Sequence record: SRR20825006_752
DNA length: 35,142 nt
Reading direction: 5' to 3' (one strand)
Below the pieces are notes generated by a model. That model did no database searches. It was not told the origin of the DNA and was given only the letters and a program-made list of their open reading frames with translations. Numbering within the stretch: position 1 is the first letter of the stretch; each line of letters begins with the position of its first letter. The position numbers and the translations under genes are program-made. Of this stretch, positions 7,782 through 16,658 are shown piece after piece.

Positions 7782-8231
7782 ATGGGGTTTGATGTCGTGT
7801 CCGCGGTTGTTGCACGTCCGTTTTCGGGTGGTGGTGCGGGGACCGGAGCGGTGTCCGCCGCGTGGGCGGCGGTTGCTTCGCAGCATGAAGAAGAGATCGC
7901 AGACCGGATGTTGGCTCATGCGGTTGCGGGCAAGCACAGGCGGGCTTTGCCTGTTACGCGCCGCGCTATCGGCCAGTCGGCTGTGAAGCCGGGGAGCATG
8001 GCGACAAAAGCCCTTTCCTTTCTCACGCGCGTGAGTGGGGCACCTGTTGGAGAAATCGCGCAGGTGATTGGCGTCGAACGCATTGAACTGGTCTCTTGGA
8101 CCACTGTGGACATGCAGGTGCGTGGCCTCGTCAAGCGCAGCGCAGGGCAGGGTGCGGGGGTCTTCGTGATGATCACAGACAAGGGCCGGGACGTGCTTGC
8201 AGCCTGTGAGCGTTTGGAGCGACGGGCGTGA
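7782..8231 (+). CDS. Hypothetical protein with a C-terminal winged-helix (MarR-like) region
   Basis: AAGGAG RBS; VGEIAQVIGV...RGLVKR...VMITDKGRDVL. Confidence 0.7.
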   Translation: MGFDVVSAVVARPFSGGGAGTGAVSAAWAAVASQHEEEIADRMLAHAVAGKHRRALPVTRRAIGQSAVKPGSMATKALSFLTRVSGAPVGEIAQVIGVERIELVSWTTVDMQVRGLVKRSAGQGAGVFVMITDKGRDVLAACERLERRA

Positions 8232-8524
8232 GTGCTACCGTCAAAATGATAGGCCCGGAGGCCACGGACCCAGACCGTTTGCGCCTGTTGTGGCTCTCTG
8301 TCTTGGTTGAAAACGTCAATATCGCGCTTGGGTTCGGGGCAAAGGATTCCATGTCTTTGCGAGAACAGGCCGAACGAACCCGCGATGAGGCGCGCGAGTG
8401 GATCGGCTCGGATGATTTCAACATGGTGTGTGAGTTCGTGGGCATCGAGCCGGTTGTGTTGCTCGTTCATATCTCGGCTTTGCGAGAGGCGGGTTTGCCG
8501 TTTGAAGTGGAGGTTTGGGGATGA
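8228..8524 (+). CDS. Phage hypothetical protein
   Basis: GTGA and ATGA overlaps with neighbours; EAREWIGSDDFNMVCEFVGIEP. Confidence 0.75.
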   Translation: MSATVKMIGPEATDPDRLRLLWLSVLVENVNIALGFGAKDSMSLREQAERTRDEAREWIGSDDFNMVCEFVGIEPVVLLVHISALREAGLPFEVEVWG

Positions 8525-9144
8525 CAGCTTTGAAGGTTGTAGGGGGGCGTGATGAAAATGGGCGGCCAGACTATCCAATTTCCTGCCAAGATCGTCTCGA
8601 CTCTCATTTCTTTCTGCAATGGAACCTTAAGCGTTGGCGTGGGAGCGAGTTCCGCAAAAAGGCACACAAAGACCCGGAGGTTGGGTTCTATGGGTTTGAG
8701 CTGTTTTGTTTGGCCCAAGATGAGACGCCTGTGGGGACGCTGCCTTGCGATGATGAAAGCTTGGCGTTCATGCTGCACTTGTCCTTGGAAAAGTGGCAGT
8801 CGCTGAAAGGGCGCAGTCAGCTCAACCCGATCCAAGGTTGGTTCGATGTGAACTGCGACAATGGGGAGGTGCGCTTGGCGCATCCTGTGGTGACCGAGGT
8901 CGCACTTGAGGCCCTGAATTCCAAGCGCCGCAACGCGGCCAAGAATGCCGATGATCGGATGCGCAAAAGGCTCGGTACGATCGAGAAACAGCTCACAGAG
9001 AGCGTTCCCGGCGGTAAGCACCTTGCGCAAAGCGAGGAGCGGGTCAACGCGATCAGCGATTGGATCGAACTGAAATATCCAGGCGGTAGCGCCACGGCCA
9101 AGCGTGTGAAGGAGGCCGTCAATGAGCTTTCTTCGCGCTCCTGA
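8521..9144 (+). CDS. Putative replication initiator-type protein (DUF1376-like N-terminus)
   Basis: GGAGG RBS; LFCLAQDETPVGTLPCDDESLA motif; followed by a repeat-rich, ori-like spacer. Confidence 0.5.
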   Translation: MTALKVVGGRDENGRPDYPISCQDRLDSHFFLQWNLKRWRGSEFRKKAHKDPEVGFYGFELFCLAQDETPVGTLPCDDESLAFMLHLSLEKWQSLKGRSQLNPIQGWFDVNCDNGEVRLAHPVVTEVALEALNSKRRNAAKNADDRMRKRLGTIEKQLTESVPGGKHLAQSEERVNAISDWIELKYPGGSATAKRVKEAVNELSSRS

Positions 9145-9311
9145 AAACCTTCCTGATTTCTTCCGCCGGAAGTTTTGGAAATATTTTTGGAAGATTTTGG
9201 AAGGTTTCATTTCTGCCAAAAACCGCGCGGCTGAAAGGAAACGAGAAGAAATTGAAATGAAAAAGACACTTGGAAAACGCGTCAGTTTTTAGCGTGTTTT
9301 CCTGTGGATAA
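9145..9311. other. Putative phage replication origin
   Basis: Three TTTTGGAA direct repeats (9173, 9185, 9195), inverted AAACCTTCC/GGAAGGTTT (9145/9199), an A-rich tract and a consensus DnaA box TGTGGATAA (9303-9311). Confidence 0.55.
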
Positions 9312-9339
9312 CTCGGATTTGCTGAGAAAGGGGGCTTTG

Positions 9340-9924
9340 ATGCAAGGGAATGAGAAAAAGGCGGAAAGCGGGCGCGCCAAGGTGCGGCGGGTTTTGATTG
9401 AACCTTTGGAAGACGGTGGAATGAGCCGCAAGCGAGGGGTGAGCGTGGCGGATCATGAGCGAAGAATGGGCAAGCTGGCAGATGGGTTGGGCTATATGAG
9501 CGAACACGGGCTTGAGGCGGTGAGGTTGTATTTTATTCGGTGGGCTGGGGAGAGGAATGTCTGGCCTGAGGTGAATACAGTTCTGTCTTATGCGTGGAGA
9601 ACTGAGACGCCGCCGTCCGAGCGCCATGAATATGTTTTGAGCTTAATGCGATCAAGAGCGGGCGAGGCGGCTCATGATGGCAGCTATGTTGTGGAATTGT
9701 ATTCCGCCGCGTTGAAATATGGCCCGCCACCATCGCGGCATCAGGTGTTCGAGCTACGCAAGCGCGCCGAGGCCAACCGTGATCGGGTCCAGTTGATCCG
9801 CGATCAAATCCAAAGGGGCGTGGCACGGGATGAGGATCGCGATTGGCTTGAGGGCTATCACCGGCTCAAGGCGGAGGCCGAGGCGATGGTGATGGAAGGC
9901 AAAGAAGAAAGGGCGGCGGCATGA
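9340..9924 (+). CDS. Phage hypothetical protein (replication module)
   Basis: AAAGGGGG RBS; 194 aa; ATGA overlap with the next gene. Confidence 0.75.
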   Translation: MQGNEKKAESGRAKVRRVLIEPLEDGGMSRKRGVSVADHERRMGKLADGLGYMSEHGLEAVRLYFIRWAGERNVWPEVNTVLSYAWRTETPPSERHEYVLSLMRSRAGEAAHDGSYVVELYSAALKYGPPPSRHQVFELRKRAEANRDRVQLIRDQIQRGVARDEDRDWLEGYHRLKAEAEAMVMEGKEERAAA

Positions 9925-10634
9925 AAAACGTGATGCGATTGAGGGCGCGCGGCTTGTTGACGGAGCAACAGGTTTTGTCAGCCGGGCGCTTTGCGCGAAA
10001 TCCAAATGCGTTTTCGATGGCTCCAACGCTGTTTCGGTTTTTGCATGATGTGATTGTCAAAGAATTGGATTTGGAAAAGATCGAAACGATGCGAGGTTTG
10101 CCCGCGCGCTCGGCCAAGGCGATTTTGTCACTGCTGTTGTTTGCGATCGAAGAGGTCGATGGGTTTGCTTGGATTGAGGGAGGCGATGCCACCTCTAAGG
10201 AAATGGTCGAATATCTCAAAGGCGAAAACAAATCAGAGCTTATGGGTGTCATGCGCGAGACAGGAATGACGCAGATTGAGGCGCAGATTTACCTGATCTT
10301 ACTGCATGAGAGAGGCCGTGTGCTCTCCAAGGAGACGCTTGCACGGCGGCTTTATGGGGGTCGGGCTTTGGGTGATATTCCAGAACTCAAGACCGTGGAT
10401 GTCCATATTTGCAGGGTTCGCAAAAAAATGCCGAAGGGTGTTGTGATCACCACCGTCTGGGGCATTGGTTACATGTGTGAGGTCAGCGCGATTGAGGAGC
10501 GCAACGAGATTTGGTGTGATCGGGTCGATGGTGGCGAAACGATCCGCGCGATTGCGCGAGAGTTTGGATGTGAGCCGTCCACGGTGATGCGGGGTGTTGA
10601 GGCTGCGCGTAAAAGAAAGGCGGTGGCGGCATGA
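9921..10634 (+). CDS. Transcription factor with a CtrA/OmpR-like winged-helix domain and a C-terminal HTH, no receiver domain
   Basis: GRVLSKETL..LYGG...PELKTVDVHICRVRKKM...ITTVWGIGY; C-terminal GETIRAIAREFGCEPSTVMR. Confidence 0.85.
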   Translation: MKNVMRLRARGLLTEQQVLSAGRFARNPNAFSMAPTLFRFLHDVIVKELDLEKIETMRGLPARSAKAILSLLLFAIEEVDGFAWIEGGDATSKEMVEYLKGENKSELMGVMRETGMTQIEAQIYLILLHERGRVLSKETLARRLYGGRALGDIPELKTVDVHICRVRKKMPKGVVITTVWGIGYMCEVSAIEERNEIWCDRVDGGETIRAIAREFGCEPSTVMRGVEAARKRKAVAA

Positions 10635-11305
10635 TGCGGGTGGTGTTTGTTGATGTGAATGAGCGGGCCAAGCGCCAAGTGCAAGGTGTGGAAGCGATCG
10701 AGCGAGTGCGGCGGTTTGGGTCGGTGCCGGATGTGTGCGGGCCAGAGGTGCCAGAGGCTCCGGCGCGTGGGCCAATTCGGTTGGTTGATCCTGTGTCGGT
10801 GCGCGTGGACGAAGCGGGGCAGTTGGAGCGGGTCTCGATGGGCTTTGAGGGCCGCAAGGTGGCCAAGGTCTGCGATGTGTTCGATCTCATGGAGGTGCGG
10901 GCCAAGCGTCAGATGTTCACCACGGCGCAGGTTGAGACGGGTCGCAGGTTTGCGGCATTTATCGAGCGGCATTCCAAAGGCGCGACCAAGTGCAGTTCGC
11001 TTGAGGCCTCGGGCGGTGGCGCAGGCGCGGGTGAGTTCATGGATGCGTTCTTGGCCGAAGGCGATGAAATTGCCCGGATGCGCAAGGCTGCGGGTCATGA
11101 TGCCACGGGCCAAGAGATCATCGCGCTTGAGGTCAGGTCAGGCGGCAAGCTGCGCCGGATCATGGCGCTTGATTTGGTTGAGCGGGTTTGCGTCGGTCAG
11201 CAAAGCCTCAGCTTTGTTTTGCGGTCCCTCGGCTGGCCTAAAACTGGACGCAACGTCGATAGGCTTACTCAGGCGCTTTCCGAGGCCCTAGATCGGATGA
11301 GCTGA
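10631..11305 (+). CDS. Putative late-gene activator/antiterminator (Q position)
   Basis: Last early gene before the late promoter/terminator; sigma-like C-terminal helices (LVERVCVGQQSL..VL..LGW...L.EALDRM). Confidence 0.55.
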   Translation: MMRVVFVDVNERAKRQVQGVEAIERVRRFGSVPDVCGPEVPEAPARGPIRLVDPVSVRVDEAGQLERVSMGFEGRKVAKVCDVFDLMEVRAKRQMFTTAQVETGRRFAAFIERHSKGATKCSSLEASGGGAGAGEFMDAFLAEGDEIARMRKAAGHDATGQEIIALEVRSGGKLRRIMALDLVERVCVGQQSLSFVLRSLGWPKTGRNVDRLTQALSEALDRMS

Positions 11306-11334
11306 GGCGCGGCAAAAAACTTTATCTAAGGGGC

Positions 11335-11364
11335 TTAACAGATCGCGACACCAAAGCTTATAGA
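11335..11364 (+). promoter_or_regulatory. Candidate late promoter (pR'-like)
   Basis: TTAACA-18 nt-TATAGA just upstream of a terminator, as in lambdoid late control. Confidence 0.4.
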
Positions 11365-11385
11365 TTTCTCCATCATCAAGAATAG

Positions 11386-11417
11386 CGCCCGCCGGAAACG
11401 GTTGGGCGTTTTTCTTT
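11386..11417 (+). terminator. Terminator preceding the late operon (tR'-like)
   Basis: CGCCCGCCG-GAAA-CGGTTGGGCG followed by TTTTTCTTT. Confidence 0.7.
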
Positions 11418-11464
11418 GTCTGGTCGCTTTGTGGCCGGAAAGGTTCAGCATGTGGGGCAAGGGT

Positions 11465-11728
11465 ATGACCAATCCTTTTACGGGACGATTTGTTGGGGCG
11501 AGTGGACCAGCGCGGGATTTGGTTCCAGTGCTTGCAAGTGATGCAATCGAATTGGCTGATATTGCAGTTGCGCTTTATATCGAGACTGGCGGCACTCTGG
11601 CCTTTGTCTCGGTGTCGGGTGAGGCACGCACGGTTGCGGTCGGTAACTTCGCGATCTTGCCGGTTGGCGCGCGTCAGGTGTTGGCAACGGGGACAACGGC
11701 AAGCGGCATTCACGCCTTTGTGGTCTGA
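11465..11728 (+). CDS. Head spike base protein (RcGTA Rcc01079-like)
   Basis: MTNPF...SGPARD..PV..SD..EL...AVALYIETGG.L.....SG...T......ILPVGARQVLATGTTASGI pattern. Confidence 0.75.
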   Translation: MTNPFTGRFVGASGPARDLVPVLASDAIELADIAVALYIETGGTLAFVSVSGEARTVAVGNFAILPVGARQVLATGTTASGIHAFVV

Positions 11729-12114
11729 TGGCGCGGCGGCTGATTTGTGTGGTCGCCGGGTGTGATGATCTGGCTGAAGAGGGTGGCAATCGCTGCGCGG
11801 TTCATGCCGAGGCACAAGCGCGCAAGATCGCAGCGCAAAAGGCAACGGCACAGCGTGGCGAGAACGCGGCGCGATGGCGCAAGCTCTACAGTGATCCAAG
11901 GTGGAAACAGCTTCGGCGCAGGTTTTTGGCGGTGCATCCGCTTTGTGCAGATTGCGCAGAGTTGGGGTTGGTCGTGACGGCGACGGATGTGGATCACATC
12001 GAACGCCACATGGGTGATCTGAGGAAGTTCTTTGATCAGAACAACCTGCAAGGCCTGTGTAAGCGGTGCCATAGCCGAAAGACCGCGAAAGAGGTGTTTC
12101 ACGGTCAGGTTTAA
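11728..12114 (+). CDS. Packaging-associated HNH endonuclease
   Basis: HPLCADC...VDHIERH.GD...FFDQNNLQGLCKRCHSRKT, upstream of the terminase genes. Confidence 0.92.
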   Translation: MARRLICVVAGCDDLAEEGGNRCAVHAEAQARKIAAQKATAQRGENAARWRKLYSDPRWKQLRRRFLAVHPLCADCAELGLVVTATDVDHIERHMGDLRKFFDQNNLQGLCKRCHSRKTAKEVFHGQV

Positions 12115-12239
12115 AAAGGGGGGGTGCCTTGAAAATCAGGGCGACGAACAAGGAACCGCACTGAGGACTGTTCTTTTCGCGATCCCGTAATTGAGGAAAA
12201 AAGCCCACTGGTTTTGAGGTTTAGAAGAGAAAGGGGGCC
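12115..12239. other. Probable cos/packaging initiation region
   Basis: Non-coding gap between HNH and terS beginning with a G-run, the usual location in HNH/P27-terminase phages; cut site not determined. Confidence 0.4.
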
Positions 12240-12683
12240 ATGATGAAAGGACCAAAGCCAAAGCCTAGCAACGTGATCCCGATGAAAGGGGATGCGCCGC
12301 GCCCTGTGCCTGATGCCCCGGCGTTTCTCTCGGATGAGGGGAAACAGGTTTGGGCGCGGCTTGCGCCGGACATGGTGAGGATGGGGCGGTTAGAGACGCA
12401 TTACCATGATCTCTTTGCGGCCTATTGCGAGGCGGCGGCGGATCTCATGCGCTTCACCATCGCGCTTGTGGATGGGCGCTATAACTACACGGTGGAAACT
12501 CGCAACGGCGCTCAGGAAAAGAAATCGGCGGCGTGGGGCCAACGCCAAGAGGCGATCGCAAACCTGCGCCAAATCGGGGCCTTGTTCGGAATGTCGCCGG
12601 TGGACGAACAACGCCTCTCGGATGGGGGGCAAGGAAGCCTTCTGGATGTGTTGCATCGGGCCATTAAAAATGGACCCGCTTGA
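12240..12683 (+). CDS. terS: Terminase small subunit, P27 family
   Basis: GPKPKP, PDAPAFLSDEGKQVWARLAP, FAAYCEA, FGMSP motifs. Confidence 0.9.
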   Translation: MMKGPKPKPSNVIPMKGDAPRPVPDAPAFLSDEGKQVWARLAPDMVRMGRLETHYHDLFAAYCEAAADLMRFTIALVDGRYNYTVETRNGAQEKKSAAWGQRQEAIANLRQIGALFGMSPVDEQRLSDGGQGSLLDVLHRAIKNGPA

Positions 12684-14337
12684 CCATCCGGTCGCGCACT
12701 ATGCCATTTCAGTTGTCGAGGGAAAAGAGATCGCGGGGGAGCTTGTGCGGCTCCAATGCGAGCGGCATTTACGCGACCTTGAAACCGCCCACGAACGCGG
12801 CCTGATGTTCGACTGTGAGGCCGCAAGCGCGATCATAAATTTTGCTGCGATTTTACAGCACACGGTGGGGCCGATGGCGGGGCACCCGCTTAAACTTGAG
12901 CCGTGGCAGGCGTTTCGACATGGCTCTGTCTTTGGCTGGAAACATGAGGACACCGGGTTGCGCCGGTTCCGCTCAACCTATCATCAGGTGGGCAAAAAGA
13001 ACGGCAAGACCACGGACACGGCGGTCCCGCTTTTGTACACGCAAATCCTTGATGGCGAGGCGGCCCCGCAAGCCTATTGCGCGGCGACAACCCGCGATCA
13101 GGCGGGGCTTTTGTTCAAAGAGGTCAAGCGGATCATCAAACGCAACGTGATCCTTGGGCGCTTGATGGTGCCGGGAACCTATACGATCACGACGCCGGAG
13201 GTGGACGGGCTGATCACATGCCTGTCGCGTGACGGCAACAGCGCGGACGGGATCAACCCGTCCTTTGTGGCCCGCGATGAAATGCACCGTTGGACCGATC
13301 GGGAATTGGCCGAAACGATTGTGCAATCCATGATCGCGCGGGCGCAGCCGATTGATTGGGTGATCACCACGGCGGGGCATGATCGGCAATCCCTGTGCGG
13401 TGAGCTGCGCGGCTATGCCGAAAGCGTTCTCACGGGGCAGGTCGAGGATGATCGGTTCTTTGGCTTTGTGGCCGAACCGCCAAAAGACTGCGATCCGATG
13501 GACCCGCGCTTTTGGAAAATGGGCAACCCAAATCTGGCCGTGTCGAAACCGATGGAGGCCATGTTGGCCGCTGGCAAACGGGCACAGATCATTCAGGCGG
13601 AAATGCCAAATTTTCGGCGGTTTCACCTCAATCAGTGGACCGAGGGCGCGCAAACTTGGATTGCGGGCGAGGTCTGGAACAAAGGCGATGCCGGCAAGCC
13701 GTTCGATCCTGCGTTGCTCTTTGGGCGCGAGGCATGGGTCGCGGTCGATCTCTCGAACAAGGTGGACACCACGGCGATCGTCGTCGCGGTGCCGGTCGAT
13801 GGTCTGATCTATCTGATCTGCTACACGTTCCTGCCCGCTGGGCCGGATGGCTTTATCGCGCGGGCGCAAAAGGAAAAGCGCGAATATGTCGGGTGGCGGG
13901 ATCAAGGGTGGCTTGAGGTTCATCATGGCGGCAGCATTGACGAGGAACTGATCGAGGCACGGCTGGTCTGGATCAAGGAAAGGTTTGATCTGCAAGAGGT
14001 GTCTTATGATCCGTGGGGCATGAAGTATCTGGCCGATAGGCTTGATAAAAAAGGATTTCCGATGATCGAACATCGCCAAGGCTTTGCCTCGATGTCGAAC
14101 CCAATGAAGCGGGTCGAGGAATGTGTCGCGCAAAACCGCATTCGCCACGGCGGCAATCCTGTCCTCTCATGGCAGGTCGGGAATGTGCATCGCGACGAAG
14201 ACCCGGCAGAGAACGTGAAACCAAACAAAAAACGCTCGACGGGCCGCATTGACGCGGCGGTCGCGACAATCATGGCGATCGGTCGCGCAGAGGCGGGCCA
14301 ACGCAAACGCAAATCAAGGGGGGTAGACTCGATATGA
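12670..14337 (+). CDS. terL: Terminase large subunit
   Basis: LEPWQ, Walker A GKKNGKT, Walker B DEMH, ITTAG coupling motif, nuclease VDLS/YDPW, RIDAAVA. Confidence 0.96.
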   Translation: MDPLDHPVAHYAISVVEGKEIAGELVRLQCERHLRDLETAHERGLMFDCEAASAIINFAAILQHTVGPMAGHPLKLEPWQAFRHGSVFGWKHEDTGLRRFRSTYHQVGKKNGKTTDTAVPLLYTQILDGEAAPQAYCAATTRDQAGLLFKEVKRIIKRNVILGRLMVPGTYTITTPEVDGLITCLSRDGNSADGINPSFVARDEMHRWTDRELAETIVQSMIARAQPIDWVITTAGHDRQSLCGELRGYAESVLTGQVEDDRFFGFVAEPPKDCDPMDPRFWKMGNPNLAVSKPMEAMLAAGKRAQIIQAEMPNFRRFHLNQWTEGAQTWIAGEVWNKGDAGKPFDPALLFGREAWVAVDLSNKVDTTAIVVAVPVDGLIYLICYTFLPAGPDGFIARAQKEKREYVGWRDQGWLEVHHGGSIDEELIEARLVWIKERFDLQEVSYDPWGMKYLADRLDKKGFPMIEHRQGFASMSNPMKRVEECVAQNRIRHGGNPVLSWQVGNVHRDEDPAENVKPNKKRSTGRIDAAVATIMAIGRAEAGQRKRKSRGVDSI

Positions 14338-15641
14338 CCATTCTGAGCCGTCCCAAAAATGGGGCCCGCCATATTGGCGAGCGCGTTACGTCCATTCCGG
14401 CGGTGTCCCGATCGCGCCCTCTGGCTGAGGCGTCCGTGCCGGTGTACAGCCATGCGGCGGCGTCGGTGTTCGATGGGATCGGCTTTGGGTATGCATCGCG
14501 GAGCAATGTCACAACCTTGCCTCGCGTTTCGCCGGAATTGGCGCAAAAACACGCGACGGTGACGGCGGCTTGTGCGGTGATCTCGGGCGATCTGTCGAAA
14601 CTGCCGTTGCAGGTGTTTCAACGCGGCAAAGATGGCCGCGAGGTTCGGGTGCGCGACCATCCGGCGGAGTATCTTTTGAACGTCGAAAGCTCGGTTGGGG
14701 TTCCGGCCAATGTGGCGCGGTTTGGTCTTGGCTATTCCTATTGTCTGCGCGGTCGGGGCTTTGCCTTTGCGCCGCGCGATGGGGGTGGCGAGTTGGAGCT
14801 GTTCGAGGCGATCCGCCCCGATCACATGATGGTCCTGCGCGCAGGCCGCGCGCGGTTCTACGAATTCGAGGACGGGGCAGGGTTGCGCCGCCGGGTGTCT
14901 GGCCGTGTCATGGTGCATTTGCGCTATATGGCCGAGGATGGTTGGGCCTCGCGTTCGCCGATCGAGGTCGCCGCCGAAAGCCTTGGGATTGCCCTTGCGG
15001 GCCAAGAGGCGGCGGCACGTCAGGCCAGTGGGGCCGCGTTCAAACAGGTCGCCAAAATCGGCGCTTTCAATGAGGATGATGAATCCTATGAACGCGCGCG
15101 GGGGCGGCTCAAAGATCACATGCGCCGGGATCGGGATAGTGGGGTTTTGATCGTCGGCGCTGAGGATGATTTCAAAACACTGGGGGCGTCGGCGGCGGAT
15201 TTGCAGCTTTTGGAAAGCCGCAAGTTTGACCGTGAACAGATCATCGCGCTTTACCGCGTCCCGCCGTCCAAGCTGCAAATGTTGGAGAACGGCGTCAAAG
15301 CCAACGGCGAACAACAGGCGATCGACTACAAGGCGGACTGTCTGACCCATTGGGGCAGCTTTGTGGAGGGCGGCTTGACCTTGGGGCTTTTGAGCGAACG
15401 CGAGCGCCGGTCTGGGATGTTCTTTCGCCACAATTATGACGCGCTTTTGGCCGCGACCACCAAGGAGCGCTATGACGCGCTCGCGAAAGCCGTGGGCGGG
15501 CCGTTCATGACGTGGCGCGAGGCGCGACGGATTGAGGGGCTTGAGGATTTGGCCGAGGGCGAAAGCCCTTATCCGCCGTCGAACATGACGCGCAAAGATG
15601 ACAGCGAAAAACAAGATGGCGAAAAGGAAAATGACGCATGA
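14334..15641 (+). CDS. Portal protein, HK97 family
   Basis: TVTAACAVISGDLSKLPL, HPAEYLLNV, SPIE, DLQLLESRKF..EQI..LYRVPP, EARRIEGL. Confidence 0.93.
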   Translation: MTILSRPKNGARHIGERVTSIPAVSRSRPLAEASVPVYSHAAASVFDGIGFGYASRSNVTTLPRVSPELAQKHATVTAACAVISGDLSKLPLQVFQRGKDGREVRVRDHPAEYLLNVESSVGVPANVARFGLGYSYCLRGRGFAFAPRDGGGELELFEAIRPDHMMVLRAGRARFYEFEDGAGLRRRVSGRVMVHLRYMAEDGWASRSPIEVAAESLGIALAGQEAAARQASGAAFKQVAKIGAFNEDDESYERARGRLKDHMRRDRDSGVLIVGAEDDFKTLGASAADLQLLESRKFDREQIIALYRVPPSKLQMLENGVKANGEQQAIDYKADCLTHWGSFVEGGLTLGLLSERERRSGMFFRHNYDALLAATTKERYDALAKAVGGPFMTWREARRIEGLEDLAEGESPYPPSNMTRKDDSEKQDGEKENDA

Positions 15642-16549
15642 AACGGACCGTTGAACAGGTGATCGCGCAGGGCGGCATGATGGCGCTCGATCGGGCTTTG
15701 TCGCTGGATCACTTGGCGCTGGACTGGCCGGAGGCAATGGCCGCGAGCGCGGCCACGGCAAACACGGTTGCGGCCTCTGTGCCTGAGCGGTTTCACGTTG
15801 AACGCGGGGTGGCCGTGGTGCCGATCCGGGGCGTCCTGACCGCAAACTCTCTGGTCTTGGAGAAATATTACGGTTGGACCACATATCGCGGGATTGAGGA
15901 AACATGTGAGGCGTTGAGTGCGGACGACACCGTGCAAACCGTGATCCTCGATGTGAACAGCGGCGGCGGGATGGTCATCGGCCTCAAAGCCGCCGCCGAG
16001 GCACTGGCACGTCTCGCCCAGGTAAAAGATGTTCATGCACTGGTCGATGTGGTTGGAGCGTCCGCCGCCTATTGGTTGGCGGCGCAAGCGGGTGAGATCA
16101 CGCTCACGTCGGGCGCGGTGGTTGGCTCGATCGGTGTCGGCGTTGCGAGCGTGGCTTATGTTCAACCGGGCGGCTCGGGGGCGCAATTCTATGAGTTCAC
16201 CTCGACCCATGCCCGCGCCAAATGGCCCGATCCCTCGACCGAAGAGGGCCGCGCCGAGATCAAGCGCGACCTCGATGTGACAGAGGCAGAGTTTCACGAC
16301 GCGGTGGCGGCGGGGCGCGGCATTCCACGCGCGGAGCTGACGGCGCGGCTGTCGGTGACGGATGATCCGCGTGACGGCGGCGCGGTCTTCGGGCCGCAAG
16401 AGTCGATCGCGCGCGGTTTGGCCGATCGGGCAGAGACGCGCAGCGCCTTCTATTCGCGGCTTGTCGGCTCCATGTCCATCGCACCAAAGTCAAAATCGCG
16501 GGCCGCACTGGCCCATGCGGGCGCGGCGCGGGCCGTCGCGCAATTCTGA
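15638..16549 (+). CDS. S49-family (SppA-like) prohead protease
   Basis: VAVVPIRGVL, LDVNSGGG, ASAAYWLA, VGSIGV. Confidence 0.9.
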   Translation: MKRTVEQVIAQGGMMALDRALSLDHLALDWPEAMAASAATANTVAASVPERFHVERGVAVVPIRGVLTANSLVLEKYYGWTTYRGIEETCEALSADDTVQTVILDVNSGGGMVIGLKAAAEALARLAQVKDVHALVDVVGASAAYWLAAQAGEITLTSGAVVGSIGVGVASVAYVQPGGSGAQFYEFTSTHARAKWPDPSTEEGRAEIKRDLDVTEAEFHDAVAAGRGIPRAELTARLSVTDDPRDGGAVFGPQESIARGLADRAETRSAFYSRLVGSMSIAPKSKSRAALAHAGAARAVAQF

Positions 16550-16587
16550 CCACGGATAACTGACCCGACCAAATCGCGGTCTTTTGT

Positions 16588-16612
16588 AACCCTGCTTTTG
16601 GCGGGGTTTTTT
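16588..16612 (+). terminator. Terminator-like hairpin between protease and capsid genes
   Basis: AACCCTGC-TTTTG-GCGGGGTT followed by a T run. Confidence 0.45.
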
Positions 16613-16658
16613 AGTGCCGCTTTGGCGGTGTGATTTTCTGAAAAGCAAAGGGGCAGCT

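Noticed and set aside
6536-7792. 418-aa ORF as a functional protein
   Set aside because: Antisense to the exonuclease-BRCT gene with no motifs; kept only as a possible translational-coupling frame.
9145-9260. CRISPR or mini-array
   Set aside because: Repeats are only about 8 bp with no spacers; no cas genes and no regular repeat-spacer array seen in the window.
14004-15905. Long minus-strand ORFs opposite structural genes (also 12973-14148, 17990-18919, 21513-22688)
   Set aside because: Antisense shadows of well-supported high-GC genes.
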